DNA from: the human T2T-CHM13v2.0 reference genome, Homo sapiens
Assembly (NCBI RefSeq): GCF_009914755.1
Contig: NC_060945.1
Length of the DNA: 64,000 nucleotides
Strand: one strand, 5' to 3'
How positions within the stretch are numbered: position 1 is the stretch's first letter; each line of letters starts with the position of its first letter. The notes beneath the pieces are model-generated. The model was not told where the DNA came from, did not search any database, and saw only the letters and a program-made list of their open reading frames with translations. The position numbers were made by a program, and so were the translations under genes. Below are positions 14,783 to 29,330 of the stretch, in pieces.

Positions 14783-15775
14783 CCGTAAGTCAGAAGCTGA
14801 ACTGCCTGAATCCTCAGTCATTGTTATAATTTGCATTCTCCACACAAATTTAACTACAGAGATACTTTTGAACTTTAATCTCAATCAAATGGAAAGTACA
14901 CATTTCCAGGTGGAAGAAAAGAAAGATGGTTTGGCAATTTGGGGAAAATTCTCACTTCTGTGGTCTGGGGCACAATTCTTAGCCAACTTTGAGGTGATAG
15001 GGATATCTTCTCAATCATGGATGTGCATTGTATTTCGTGGGAAAACTTTAATAAAATGCCAGTACTCCCATCTCAGACCAATAAAACCAAAATCTCAAAG
15101 GTGGGACTCAGGTATTGCCATTTAATGGAATCTGACATGCATTCGGATTTGAGTCACTGCTCTAAATAAAGGAAAGCTTCAAATAAATCTGAAAGTGCAA
15201 TATCTGAGAAAAGCAATGAATCTGAAATCAAATCAGTCTGAAAGCACAATATCTGAGAAAAGCAATGAGTAGGTACAAGGGGATTGAAAGGCATGGGGAG
15301 TGGATGCTGCAAGGCTGAGAAACTTACAGGTAAAAACCATCTCCAACAATGGCGTGGCTGCATTGGAGGCTTTCCTTTCAGCTTCTCTGATCTGTTTTCT
15401 CTATTCCTTATCTTTTCTTTTCCATCTTCTCTTCCTTTTAAGTTTTAGGAATGGCAATGACATTGAATTAGGGTTGATGGTGGAGTTTTACCTTTGTTCT
15501 CTAACTACTTCTAAGTTTTGGAAGAAACAGGAGGACCCATGTTTCTTCCAAAACTTAGAGGTAGAATTGGAAAACGGGTGAATGTTTTCTTCCAGAACTT
15601 AGAGGTGAATGTGGGAAACAGATGAATGCTGGATTACGAAGTCCCAGTGAGGGAGTGGGCTTCAGGAGGTGAAGGTGTACTTCACTGGGATAGCACACAT
15701 GAAAGGGTATTGAAGATTTGGCAAGGCTTGCTTTTTTGTGAAACATGGCTGGATAGGACTTCAACTTCACAGAGT

Positions 15776-15968
15776 TGTAGGCTATTCAAAAATAGTCCAG
15801 GAACCAGCAGCATTAGGATCACTGTAAACTTGTTAGAAAGGCAAATTCTCAAGCCCCACCCAGAAAAACTGAATCAGCATCTCTGGAATCAGCATGTCTG
15901 AGGCCCAGAAATCTGTTTCAGCACAGTCTCCAGTGATTCTTATGCATGCTGAAACTGGAGAACCATAG
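15776..15968. mobile_element. MER5A-like relic
   Basis: accagcagcattaggatcact...gttagaaaggcaaattctcaagccccac...gtgattcttatgcatgctgaaactggagaacca. Confidence 0.75.
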
Positions 15969-16369
15969 CTATAAAATAAATGAGTGAAGAGTCTGCTGTC
16001 TTGACTTCATCCTGTTTCCAGTCTATTCACTACGAGATTTTATTGGTATTTATTTTGGTGTATTTATTTATAACCAATACCCTTGAGAAATTTATTATTT
16101 ATTTTTAATATTTTTAGCTGTTCTTTTAGGTTTTCTGAGTCAATAGCCAACTCACCTAGTCTTACATTAGCTGCATGCATTATTTCATCTTATTACCTTA
16201 TTAATTTTTTTAAATGGTGATGGTGGACACCATTATCTTACTCATTTGTGGGAATTTTTAGGATTTCAACCATAAACTTGATGTTAAAATTTGTCTTGTA
16301 AAAGATAAATATTCCTCACAAATTTTACTAATCACTTTTTTTTTTTACTGTGAATGGACGCCGAATTTC

Positions 16370-19300
16370 ATTTAAAAAGAACGGAAATCATAACAAACAG
16401 TCTCTCAGACCACAGTGTAATCAAATTAGAACTCAGGATTAAGAAACTCACTCAAAACTGCACAACTACATGGAAACTGAACAACGTGCTCCTGAATGAC
16501 TGCTGGGTAAATAATGAAATTAAGGCAGAAATAAATAATTTCTTTGAAACCAATGAGAACAAAGACACAATGTACCAGAATCTCTGGGCTACAGCTTAAT
16601 CAGTGTTTAGAGGAAAATTATTAGCACTAAATACCCACAAAAGAAAGTGGGAAAGATCTAAAATCGACACCCTAACATCACAATTACAAGAACTAGAGCA
16701 GCAAGAGCAAATAAATTCAAAAGCTAGCAGAAGACAAGAAATAACTAAAATCAGAGCAGAACTGAAGGAGATAGAGACACGAAAAACCCTTCAAAAAAAT
16801 CAATGAATCCAGGAGGTAGTTTTTTGAAAAGATGAATAAAATAGATAGCACGCTAGCCAGACTGATAAAGAAGAAAAGAGAAGAAGCATCAAATAGACAC
16901 AATAAAAAATGATAAAGGGGATATCACCACAGATCCCACAGAAATACAAACCACCACCAGAGAATATTATAAACATCTCTACACACAAAAAACTAGAAAG
17001 TCTAGAAGAAATGGATAAATTCCTGGACACACACACCCTCCCAAGATTAAACCAGGAACAAGTTGAATCCCTGAATAGACCAATAACAAGTTCTGAAATT
17101 GAGGCAGTAATTGATAGCCTACTAACGAAAAAGAAGCCCAGAACCAGACGGATTAACAGCTGAATTCTGCCAGAGGTACAAAGAGGACCTGGTACCATTC
17201 CTTCTAAAATTAATCCTAACTATAGAAAAAGAGGGACTCCTCCCTAACTCATTTATGAGGCCAGAATCATCCTGATACCAAAACCTGGCAGAGATACAAC
17301 AAAAAAAGAAAACTTCAGGCCAATATCCCTCATGAAGATTGATGCAAAAATCCTCAATAAAATACTGGCAAACCAAATCCAGCGACACATCAAAAAGCTT
17401 ATCCTCCACGATCAAGTCAGCTTCATCCCTCAGATGCAAGGCTGGTTCAACATACGCAAATCAATAAACGTAATCCTTCACATAAACAGAACCAATGACA
17501 AAAACCACATGATTATCTCAATAGATACAGAAAAAGCCTTGGATAAAATTCAACACACTTCATGCTAAAAGCACTCAATAAACTAGGTATTGATGGAATG
17601 TATCTCAAAATAATAAGAGCTCTTTATGACAAACCAGCAGCCGATATCATACTGAATGGGCAAAAGCTGGAAGCATTCCCTTTGAAAACTGGCAAAAGAC
17701 AAGAATGCCCTCTCTCACCACTCCTATTCAACATAGTGTTGGAAGTTCTGCCCGGGGCAATCAGGCAAGAGAAAAAAATAAAGAGTATCCAAATAGGAAG
17801 AGAAGAAGTCAAATTGTGTCTGTCTGGAGATGACGTGATTGTACATTTGGAAAACTGCATCGTCTCAGCCCAAAAACTCTTTAAAGTGATAAGGAACTTC
17901 AGCAAAGTCTCAGGATACAAAAATCAATGTGCAAAAATCACAAGCATTTCTATACACCAATAATAGACAGAGAGCCAAATCATAGTAAACTCCCATTCAC
18001 AATTGCTACAAAGAGAATAAAATACCTAGGAATACAACTTAAAAGGGATGTGAAGGACCTCTTCAAACAGAACTACAAACCACTGCTCAAGGAAATCAGA
18101 GAGGACACAAACAAACGGAAAAACCTTCCAGGCTCATGGATAGGAAGAATCAGTATCGTGAAAATGGCCATACTGCCCAAAGTAATTTATAGATTCAATG
18201 CTACCCCCATCAAGCTACCATTGACTTTCTTCACAGAATTAGAAAAAACTACTTTAAATTTCATATGGAACCAAAAAAGAGAGTATATAGCCAGGACAAT
18301 CCTCAGCAAAAAGAACAAAGATGGAGGCATCACACTACGTGACTTCAAAGTACACCACAAGGCTACAGTAAACAACACAGCATGGTACTGGTACCAAAAC
18401 AGATACATAGACCAATGGAACAGAACAGAGGCCTCAGAAATGATGCCACACGTTTACAACCATCTGATCTTTGACAAACCTGACAAAAACAAGCAACGGG
18501 GAAAGGATTCCCTATTTAATTAATGGTGTTAGGAAAACAGGCTAGCCATATGCAGAAAACTGAAACTGGACCCCTTCCTTACACCTTACACAAAAATTAA
18601 CTCAAGACGGATTAAAGACTTAAACATAAGACCTAAAACCATAAAAACCCTAGAAAAAAATCTAGGCCATACCATTCAGGACACAGGCATGGGCAAAGAC
18701 TTCATGACTAAAACATCAAAAGCAATGGCGACAAAAGCCAAAATTGACAAATGGGATCTAATTAAATTAAAGAACTTCTGCATAGCAAAAGAAACTGTCA
18801 TCAGAGTTAACAGGCATCCTACAGAATGGGAGAAAGTTTTTTCAATCTACCCATCTGACAAAGAGCTAATATCCAGAATATACAAGGAGCTTAAACAAAT
18901 TTACAAGAAAAAAAAAACATCAAAAAGTGGGTGAAGGATATAAAAAGACACTTTTCAAAAGAAGACATTTATGCTGCCAACAAACATATGAAAAATAGCT
19001 CATCATCACTGGTCATTAGAGAAATGCAAATCAAAACCACAGTGAGATACCACCTCATGCCAGTTAGAACGGCAATCATTAAAAAATCAGGAAACAACAG
19101 ATGCTGGAGAGAATGTGGGGAAATAGGAACGCTTTTACACCGTTGGTGGGAGTGTAAATTAGTTCAACCATTGTGGAAGATAGTGTGGCAATTCCTCAAG
19201 GATCTAGAACTAGAAATACCATTTGATCCAGCAATCCCATTACTGGGTATATACCCAAAGGATTATAAATCATTCTACTATAAAGACACATGCGCAAGTA

Positions 19301-19747
19301 TGTGTATTACAGCACTATTCACAATAGCAAAGACTTGAAACCAACTCAAATGCCCATCAATGATAGACTGGATAAAGAAAATGTGTCACATATACACCAT
19401 GGAATACTATGCAGCCATAAAAAAGAATGAGTTCATGTCCTTTGCAGGAACATGGATGAAGCTGGAAACCATCATTCTCAGCAAACTAACACAGGACAGA
19501 AAAACACACCACATGTTCTGACTCACAAGTGGGAGCTGAACAATGAGAACACATGGACGCAGGGAGGGGAACGTCACATACCAGGGCCTGTCGGGGCTTG
19601 GGGACTAGGGGAGGAATAGCATTAGGAGAAATACCTATTGTACATGATAGGTTGATGGGTGCAGCTAACAACCATGGCACATGTATACCTATGCAACAAA
19701 CATTCACGTTCTGCACATGTATCCCAGAAATTAAAGTATAAAAAAAA
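16370..19747 (+). mobile_element. 5'-truncated L1PA (~3.4 kb), disrupted ORF2 (RT and C-terminal domain) plus 3'UTR
   Basis: ORF-track fragments 16354-19338 are L1 ORF2 peptides ([43 protein letters not shown]) broken by stops and frameshifts; L1PA 3'UTR and A tail. Confidence 0.97.
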
Positions 19748-19999
19748 TTAGTTTTAACTAACATCCAAAATGGATTAACAGTTCATCAATTAAAAAAGTC
19801 TTTGCAACATGAATGAATACTTTTCATCTTCTTTAAACTAATCATGTGAATTCACAATATGCACTCTCCCAGCAGTTTTAGAATGAGCACTACTTAGTGA
19901 AGGGTCTTTTGAAATATAATTGTAACTATATGTAAAATACAACTGTTTTCTATAACATTTTACCTTTTTGCCTATATAATCAAAATGAAAGTATTATTT

Positions 20000-22650
20000 A
20001 TGTGCTCAGTTTCACAAGTTTGGAAGCTTTCCTACCTTTTCCTGTGATCTATAGATTACTCAAACTCTTCAGAATTGTCTCTTCCTTGAAGTCTTTGAAG
20101 CTATCTGGATAGCTTTTAGGGGTAGGTGTAGAACAATTTCCTCAAGAATTTCATAGATACTAAACTACATATATTTCCTATCTATTTTAGCAACATTCAG
20201 CAATTTAGGTCTTCCTGGAGAAAATACATTTTTCTAGATTTTAACATTTTTAACATAAATCAATAGAAAGTATTACCCAATAGCTTTGACTTCTGTGTCA
20301 GCTGGCTTTGTCTTCTTATTTATCCCTAATTTGTGTGCTTGCCTGTTTTTTTCCTTCTTTGAAAAACCACTTAGATATTTATCACCAAGGTACAAAAAGC
20401 TCTTGGATTTATTATACTTTATACTGCTTTTCAGTTTTCTATTCATTAATTTTAGCTAAAATTATTTTCTCCTGCTTTTTTTGTCTATTTTTTCTTTATA
20501 TAAATTTTCAAATTCAGTAGCTTTTTGTTCCATTTTTACATTTATATAATAAGAATGTAATAAAGGCGCTTAATTCTATAACTTTCCTGTAAATACAGCT
20601 TTGGCAATATACCAGAGGTTTTTATATGCAGTCTCCTTGCTTATTAAATTTTAATTTATTTTCTTCTTTGACTACAAAATTGTTTATTCTCACATTTTTT
20701 AACACTATTTTTCTTCTGTTATTTATTTCTAGCTTTCTAATATTGTTCCCAGTGTCTATAACCTACACTAATTCTATCTTTTGGAATATATTGATGTTCA
20801 ATTAAAAAAAAAACCTTACAAGTGCTTAAAAGAAGGTGATTTTCTGTAGTGCATGGAGTTTATTACATAGTTTTGAAATCTTTTTAATTTCCCATTCATT
20901 TATCTGTGTTCAATGTAATCTTTTAAGGACTAAAGGAGGCAATTAGTTTCACACTAGTACTGATTTTCTGCCAATATCTCTAGATACAACATTTACTTTG
21001 GTTTTGACTTTATAGATTTCAATACTATGTCACTTGTTGAGTTACATTTCAGTAAAATATAAGCCTCCTTTGTAATTGTTTAAACATGTTACATTTATTT
21101 AAAGTTTCATATTAAATTTGCAAACATTTTTATATTTGTTCCATTTGATAACTAATCTTCACATTTAATTTTTAACTTCTGATTTATTTTTACATGTGAG
21201 TCTCATAGAAATTATGTAATAGTATTTGTAGTTTGCTTTTGTATTTACTCAATTTATGTATTTATTTGAAAAGCTAAATTTGTCATGTATATTTGTATCT
21301 TACTTCTGTCTCTTAATATAACATTTTGTTTTACATCCTTCCTTTTTGTGTCCTTTATTTTCTCTATTTTGTTTTATAGTCTGGGTTTCTTCTATTTCCG
21401 ACATCCCCAAATTACCTTTATTTTTATTGTTATATTCACTGAACATTTTCCTAGTTTTCTAATTATTTTTACTCTTAGCACTTAATTTATTTCTTTAGGT
21501 TTTAGACATATGTTAATTATCTATACTAAACTGTATGTTTAAATGGTTTTAATACTTAACATTACCCCTTGGAACCAAAACTCTCCTATTTATCAATTAT
21601 TTGTTCCTATTCAACCTTCAGTTGAGTAGTGTATATCTTCAAGTAGTTTTGGGGTTTTTTTAATTGTTTTACCTTGCTTTGTTTTTCCATTTTCCAAGTT
21701 ACATTAGTAATCCTTCCTGGAGGTTTGCATATTTGAAAATAATTTAATGTTATCTCAATCTATGAACAATATTGGGGTAAGGTTAAAATTCTTGATGTAG
21801 CAACTCTTTTCCTCAAGATATTGTAGTTGATATTCTATTTCCTTCTGATTTCCTAGCTATGGAAGAAAAGGACAGAATTGTTACTGTTCTCTTTAGATGG
21901 CTCTCCCTAGTCCCATGTAGGTTTCGGTTTATTCATGAAGTTCAATAATCCTGGTAAGTTATGTTTTGTTGTTTCTGCTTTTCATTTATCTTGATGAACA
22001 TTGACAACTCTTGTTATCAGTAGATTTAATTTTTTCAATTTAATAAAATTTTCACCTACTGTACCATTTAATGTTTTTGTTTCTTTTTTTTTTCAATTGT
22101 TTTCATTGAAGATACCTGTTATGCTTGTTTTGGAGTGCCGTCATCTTCTGGACAACATCTAATTGGATGCTACCACCTTCTGGTCACTTTGTTCACCATG
22201 ACTATTTGTTGGATTCAATATTATATTTTTCATGTCTATCCTCTATCACTGATACATTTTTATTCATATTATTTTCTTTCTTTCTTCACTTTAAAATCTT
22301 TTCTGATATTATTTCTTCCCTCACTTTATTTTCTAATTCTACCAATACCTTTTCTTATCTCAATATAGTGACTTATTTAATTTGGTATTGAGTTGATCTT
22401 CTTAATTTTTTTTTGGTATTAAGCAATACATTCTAAATTTTTCTTCTGGTTCCTAGTGTAAATCATTTTCAGAAATATTGTTCTGTGTATGTTTTTAGTA
22501 ATATATTAATCTTCTTTGTTGTTGCAAAACATTTACAACAGTCCCATGCTGTGGTGTGTTTTTTATTCTTTTTGGGAAAGTTCATTCAAGGTTACTATCT
22601 TTCATTAAGTCTTTTTTGTTAATCTGGGAAATACCCGAATCCATTCCATC
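20000..22650 (-). mobile_element. Highly degenerate old L1M fragments
   Basis: T-rich antisense L1-like text (aaatacagctttggcaatataccagaggtttttatatgcag); boundaries approximate. Confidence 0.5.
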
Positions 22651-23339
22651 TCCATATCTGGATTAAAACCTGCAATTTCACCACCATCTTATTCTGAATT
22701 TTTTCCTTTTCCTTTCCTTCGGTGCTTTGAAATAGCTCCAACTATGCCAAAGATATTTTAAAAATAAATGACTTACTTCACAAAAATACAGATATCTATA
22801 TATTTGTGGAAAAGGCTGATTGGCTTAGGTAAAATTGTTACTAATTATGCAATTTGTACTAAATGGAATTTAAAAATCAATGGTAAAACCCAGGAAACTT
22901 GTAAAAGACCTTAGATTTAGAAATATTTGCTTGAGGCAATTCGCTAGGCTTCTGAGGGCGAATATTTCAAATCATGTTATTGCTACTGCAGTCTCTCTTC
23001 ATCACCATACTAAAGGTGTCTATAAGCCATTATTTCTTATCACAAAAGCTGCCAATATAAAAATCAAAGCACAACAAATAGCAAAACACACTGTGTCTCC
23101 TGCTGTAAAACCTGCTGTGGATGCAGATGTGTGTCCACTTTGAAGTGTCAAGAACTAACCAGAAATTTTGAAATGTTTGTGAATAGATGCTTAATTTTAC
23201 CTAAAACCAAATAAGCAATACTGTAGTTGATTCGCTTATAAAAGGTAACCTATTATTGGCTTACAACCAATAAATGATTATGTTATAAAAGGTAATCATT
23301 CATTGGATTACAACCAATAAATGTTCTAAGATATACAAA

Positions 23340-23750
23340 AAGCAGACTTCCTATCACAAAGGAAACTTTATTAGAAATCTCATTCTAAGCTCCTATTCTT
23401 AGAATATTATGATCACAACAATGCAGAATCAACAAATACAAGTGGTTTTTTTTCTGAGTGTCTGAGTTTTTATGTCTTCCAAAAATAAGGTATAAATTCT
23501 AAAAACTGAAATCTTTTCATTGATTTGCAAGTACTTAACAATAAAATGTTTGAAAGTGACTCTCAAACTTGTATGGAGAGGAAGAGTATTTACATGCAAG
23601 GACAAAGAAGGAAACTATATATAAGAAGATGAAGTCAAATATACAGAATGTGTTGGAATTCACAATCTGGGATAAAAATAAATGGCACCTTAGGTCACTA
23701 GATAGTCTATAGCCAGAGCAACTAGAACTGTATGGACGTCAAGAGAAGAC
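23340..23750 (-). pseudogene. Degenerate KRTAP21-like remnant (C-terminal coding part plus 3'UTR/polyA)
   Basis: 23682-23733 aligns ungapped to KRTAP21-2 36578-36629 at 37/52 nt (YSSSCSGYRL..RCH vs YSSSCCGYRP..RCY); AATAAA at 23367-23372 in a paralogous context. Confidence 0.55.
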
Positions 23751-23879
23751 TCCTACCCCACAGACTCAACAGGAGCCAGAGGCATCACTTTCACCAGCAC
23801 TGCACAAGCACGCTGGTTGGTTTCCACACCTCTCTGCCAGCAACAACCGTAAAAACTGTTACCTGTCTGATGATAAATA

Positions 23880-25200
23880 AAATTAAAATAGTATGGATTT
23901 TTTTATTTTGAATTTTCCTAACTACGAGTGGATTTGAATATCTTAATATGTTTGGACTATTGTACTTCTCTTACATAGAATGTCTACTTATAATCATCTG
24001 CCTATTTTTCTATTGAGTTATATAACTTTCTATATATTAAGACATTAATATTCCTGTATTATCCCCATTCGTCTCTGGGTTTCTGTTCATGATAGAGGTC
24101 TCCATTGTGTGTGTGTATATGGACGTGTGTGTGTATAATGTGTGTGCATTTGTGACTGTGTTGTGTGTGGATGTGTATGTGTACTCCCTTGGTTTTTCTT
24201 TTTTGCAGAGGGCTTTTTTAATTTTCATTTTGCTTTGTTTGTTTTTTCACTTCACTTTTTATACTTAAACTGTTAATATTTCTGCAATACTTTTTACAGA
24301 TAGTTTAACTGAAGATCCACTTTTATTGTTTTCTAGATGGACGGTCAGTTGTATTGGCACTATTTCTCAAATAATTTTTTTTCACCATGTTGTACTATGA
24401 AGTTTACCTTATGTTATATTCTCAAAAGTACTCAGATGTGTTTCTAAATTCTTGTTTATATTCCTTTTTATTTTTCTATTCTTAAACCAAAACAATATTC
24501 TCATTTCTCATGAGAGAAAATTTTCCCTTGAGTCCTGATAATGTATTTTATGCACATTTTGAATAATTTTATTGAATAAAGAATCCAGTAGATGTCTTAA
24601 TTTACGTATCAATTTAGAAGATTTAAATTTTATGATAGATCTTTCCGGTCAAGATTACATCTGCATTTCCATTTCTTCAGCTTTTTATTTTCTTTCATAA
24701 GATATTCTATTATAGTATTGTGCAAATTGAATAAGTCTTTGAAACTTTCTTTCTAGCTTTTCCTGAGCATTGTATAGTTATAGCACATTATCAGAATCAT
24801 CTCCATTTCTAAATGTAGGTAAGCAGAAAATCTTTTTAAACTTATTTTTCTGGTGTTCATACATCTTACAAATTTTCTGATTAATTTTGCTATATTTGTT
24901 TTACTTTAATAGCTTGAGTTTTCTTTGCACACAAAGATATAATCAAAAAGATCATTTCTTTTTTCCAATGTTTTTGCCATTATTTTATTTTCTTCTCTCT
25001 TTGCACTTGATAATGATGTTGGCAGCTGCTAACCCTGTCTGCTTCTTAATAATAACTAAAATTGCTTTATTATTTGGCTGAAGTAGATAAAAACATGCTG
25101 CTTTTGCTATTTGGTTAAAATCCTTTATTATATTTAAACAATTTTCTTCTATTGTATTTTATTTCAAATATTTCAAGGTAAGAATTATTTAACTCTATCA
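23880..25200 (-). mobile_element. Degenerate old L1M fragments
   Basis: Antisense L1 ORF2-like text (tctgcctatttttctattgagtt etc.); boundaries approximate. Confidence 0.45.
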
Positions 25201-26089
25201 AAGACTTTTTCTCACCTAAATATGCAATCTGAGCCAATATTTGAAGCTTACATGTCACTTACAATCTTCAGAATTTTGAAAAAGGATGGCACATATCAAT
25301 TTTCAGAAAACAGCTATTGTTGTTATGAAGATTTTCACTTTAATCAAGGATATCTGTGTTTTGTTTGCCACATAATATTAATCTTAGAAAAATGTGTGCA
25401 TTTCTGCAGTAGAAATCTACTCATCTCAAAACATGTCCTCAATGACAAATTTTCATGATAAATTTGTAATAGTGTTGCAATGTCTAATTGCATTGATTTA
25501 CATCCCAGTCGCATTTTATATCTCTTGATCTTACAGTAAATTTAACATTCTGATTACTGGTACTGCTTCTCCTGTCTTCAGAATATCCCAAGTAGTAATT
25601 TTCAGACTTATTTTCAAATCCTTGCTTGTCAGCATTTGCCACAATTAGAATATTGCAAATATTTAAGGAATACTGTTTTGTTTTTTGTTTTTTTCTATTT
25701 TGGAGCCCTTCTTTCATTTTAGTTACAATTATTTCCCAATGAAAATTCATTTCCCTTGCCTCATGCCAAGATTGCAAAAATTAGTTTTCCTAAATTGGTT
25801 GTTCTACTTTCAGGATTTAATGTCTTTATAGAAAATTTTAATTCAAAACTAAACTTAAATATGTTATGATTTTTCATAGCATTTTTCATTACTATAAAAC
25901 TTTTTAGGTTCTTTTTAGTCCCATTAAGTATGGTTACTTCCCCTACGAAATATAGTGACTGAAGTGCTATCCCAGCTTCTCACTATGGATCCCAGGCAAC
26001 TTTCTATAGCTTGTCTGTAATCAAGTTTCTGATAGCCACTAGTCTTTGCATCTTTAAAAACTACATTACATTTCTCACTCTCAGACTAA

Positions 26090-26469
<380 letters not shown>

Positions 26470-27900
26470 TAAACTGAACAAACATAAGAAACGTTCTTCA
26501 ACTAATTGAGCATCAACTAAAAATGTGTGTGATAATATGTACCCCAATCATTTGTTCAATTTCTATTAATTGAACGTTAATGAAGAAAACAAATACAAAT
26601 CCTGAGAAAAATATCTTAATGTTAAACTAACTGCAATGTGATGAAAGCATTTTATACGATAAATTATTGCTGAGACCACTGCATCAATTCACTGGACCTG
26701 TAATCATAACATATATTCAATTCCACAATTATGGAAAGTGTGTATCTGCTACTTGAAAACATTTGGTTGGAAAACATTTTATTATTTTAAATGGAAAACA
26801 ATTCAGATCCTTATTTCAAATTTTGATATCACTGAAAAGATTAGTATCGTAGGAAAAGAGATCATGTTGGAGAGTATGACTATTTTGCTTATATTCATAA
26901 TTTTAGATGTTACATCTGGAGATTTAAGAAAATATAAACGTTAATTATAGAACATCTATCACTAATTACAGGGAATATGTCTTAGAGAGCCCTGTGCATA
27001 AATGTATTAATTAGTCTCTTAAAACCCTGATTACTGCTTTCCCTTTGCAGCCTCCCATAGAGCAAAGAAATTCATTATAATGAAGAGATCTTACAAAAAT
27101 TCACATTATGCAAATTGCCTTTGGAAATACTATGAAATGTGAACCTCCCAAAAACTTTGAGAAGATATTTTATCCCATGTTATATGTAAGAAAACTGAGT
27201 TTTAGGGAGCAATTGTGTTACTAAACCAAAGTAAGAAAAGAAATAAGTAGCAAAGAAATATGCCATTGAGGACATAATCCTGGCAAATGATCATCACCTC
27301 AACTGTCCTTGAAGAGTTACCAGAATGAGATGACTGTTTCCCAGGGCAACTGAACTATTACCATATTATATCTCCTAATCTCTCTGCATCCTAGTGTGAG
27401 TAGGTTGCTATATCCCTTCAAGAACTGAAACAGACCATATTCATTATAGCATTAATCCATGAACACATTTATGAGTTCCTCTGCAATGGCTTTACTAATC
27501 TTGTTCCTCTTTTCCCTGCTTTGAGTTGCATTTTCTGTACAGATCCCAGAAATCCAGAAATACTGACTCTAACAGTAGGTAGATGCTTCAAAGCTCACTT
27601 TGAACGTGATATACTCCTTCCTAACTCTGCAATAGAATCGAGCATAATTTTTTCTTTTTGGGTCACATTATTCTTATTCATGTTGCCCTGACCCAACCTT
27701 CAATTATTTTTATTATAGAATCACTAAATTACAAAGTAGAAGTGAATAATGTGAATGAATTAATTAAGCCCAAGTTTTGAATGCACATATTTACTCAGAC
27801 TTTTCTAACTGAAGATGCAAATTCTTCAACAACTTCAGGATAGAAATGTTTACAAGACAGCCTATTCCAATTTCACACTATTCTAGCCTTTAAAAAAAGT

Positions 27901-28104
27901 TTCTTTGTTTTTTGCTTTTTTTTTTTTTTTTTTTTTTTTTGAGACAGGATCTCACTCTGTTGCCCAGGCTGGCGTGCAGTCGTGCGATCATGGCTCACTG
28001 CAACCTCAACCTCCCAAGCTCAAGTGACCCACCCACCTCAGCCTCCTGAATAGCTGGGACTACAGGTGTGCACCATCATGCCTGGCTAATCCTTGCATTT
28101 TTTT
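27901..28104 (-). mobile_element. Partial AluJ (right arm), present only in the left duplicate copy
   Basis: gagacaggatctcactctgttgcccaggctgg...gcgatcatggctcactgcaacctcaacctcc; absent at the paralogous site near 34030. Confidence 0.9.
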
Positions 28105-28249
28105 CATAAACATGATATTTTGCAGAAAAAACAATTTATCTTGTAAAATTTATTTGTCTTTAAATTCTACCCATTGAATCTTGTGGTCTTCAGTGGAAAC
28201 ACAAAGCAGAATAAACCTAATTTTCTGTCTCACACATACACACAAGAAG

Positions 28250-29330
28250 TCTTTGAAAAATGCCAAACAACTTAAACATAAAACAAGCATGAAACAGAGT
28301 ACAGAGATAAACTCATTTACAAGCAATAACGGAGAATAGAGGTGGCAACACCAACCAATGACAAAGGGTTTAGTAGGTGGTGTTAAAGAAGCTGGCTTAA
28401 TTCAGTGAAAAGGGAAACTGGAGCACCGCATATAAAGGTAGGCTCCAGCTGGACTAATGATCTGAGTGTGAAGTGTAAAACTTTAAAAATAATAAAAGAA
28501 AATGTAGCATATCTTTGACATAAAAATAAGGTAGATCTTCTCAAAAAATAACAAATCATAGATTTAAAATGTTTGTTCAATTATGCACGATATGAGCAAA
28601 AATAAATGATAGTTTTGGCGATATTTGCAATGTCTAAAAATGACAAGGAAATTTATCAAGAATATACAATGAAGTCCTACAAATCAGTAAGAAAAAGACA
28701 GAAATCTCAATGGAAAAATGGGCAAAGGATATGGAAGAGAAACCACAAAGGTTAACACATACTGGAAGAAATGAAAATGTTCAAACCCGTTAGTAATCAG
28801 AGATATGCAAATTAAAACAGCAAGATAACTTTTTACTTCTCAAAAAAACATTAAAAGGTGATATAAAACAATATTGGCACATGTTTGAGGACATATAAGC
28901 TGCAATTTGGCAGTTTGGACTGATGCAGACATCCTGGAGACTAACCTGATGGTACTTACTAAAATAAAATATAAACACATCATTTGTCTCAGCAATTTAC
29001 ATTTTGGATTGATTCTCATAGAAGCCCATGGAGGACATGTTCATTGCACCAGTGCTGTGCTGAAGAGGCTGGGTGTGATTTAAGTGTGCATCCCTGAGAT
29101 ACTGAATGGACAAAATCTTGTGTATTAACCACATGGAGTACCAACCAACAATTAGAAATGATAGTTTAAATCTACACATAATAGCATAAATGAGACTTTC
29201 AACACAAATAGCACTGAGAGAGAAAAGGTCTTCAGAGGATATAAAATAACACCATTTACATAGATTTAAAATATTTAATAAAATGACCGACTTTCTTGGG
29301 ACTTTGAAAACATGAATAAGGATGGTTGCA
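28250..29330 (+). mobile_element. Old L1M 3' fragment shared by both duplicate copies (paralogue ~34150-35150)
   Basis: gtcctacaaatcagtaagaaaaagaca...aaaatgggcaaaggatatg...tagtaatcagagatatgcaaattaaaaca. Confidence 0.65.

Noticed and set aside
16354-19338. Functional reverse transcriptase gene
   Set aside because: 5'-truncated L1 ORF2 with multiple stops and frameshifts and a degenerate catalytic motif (SGDD in place of FADD).
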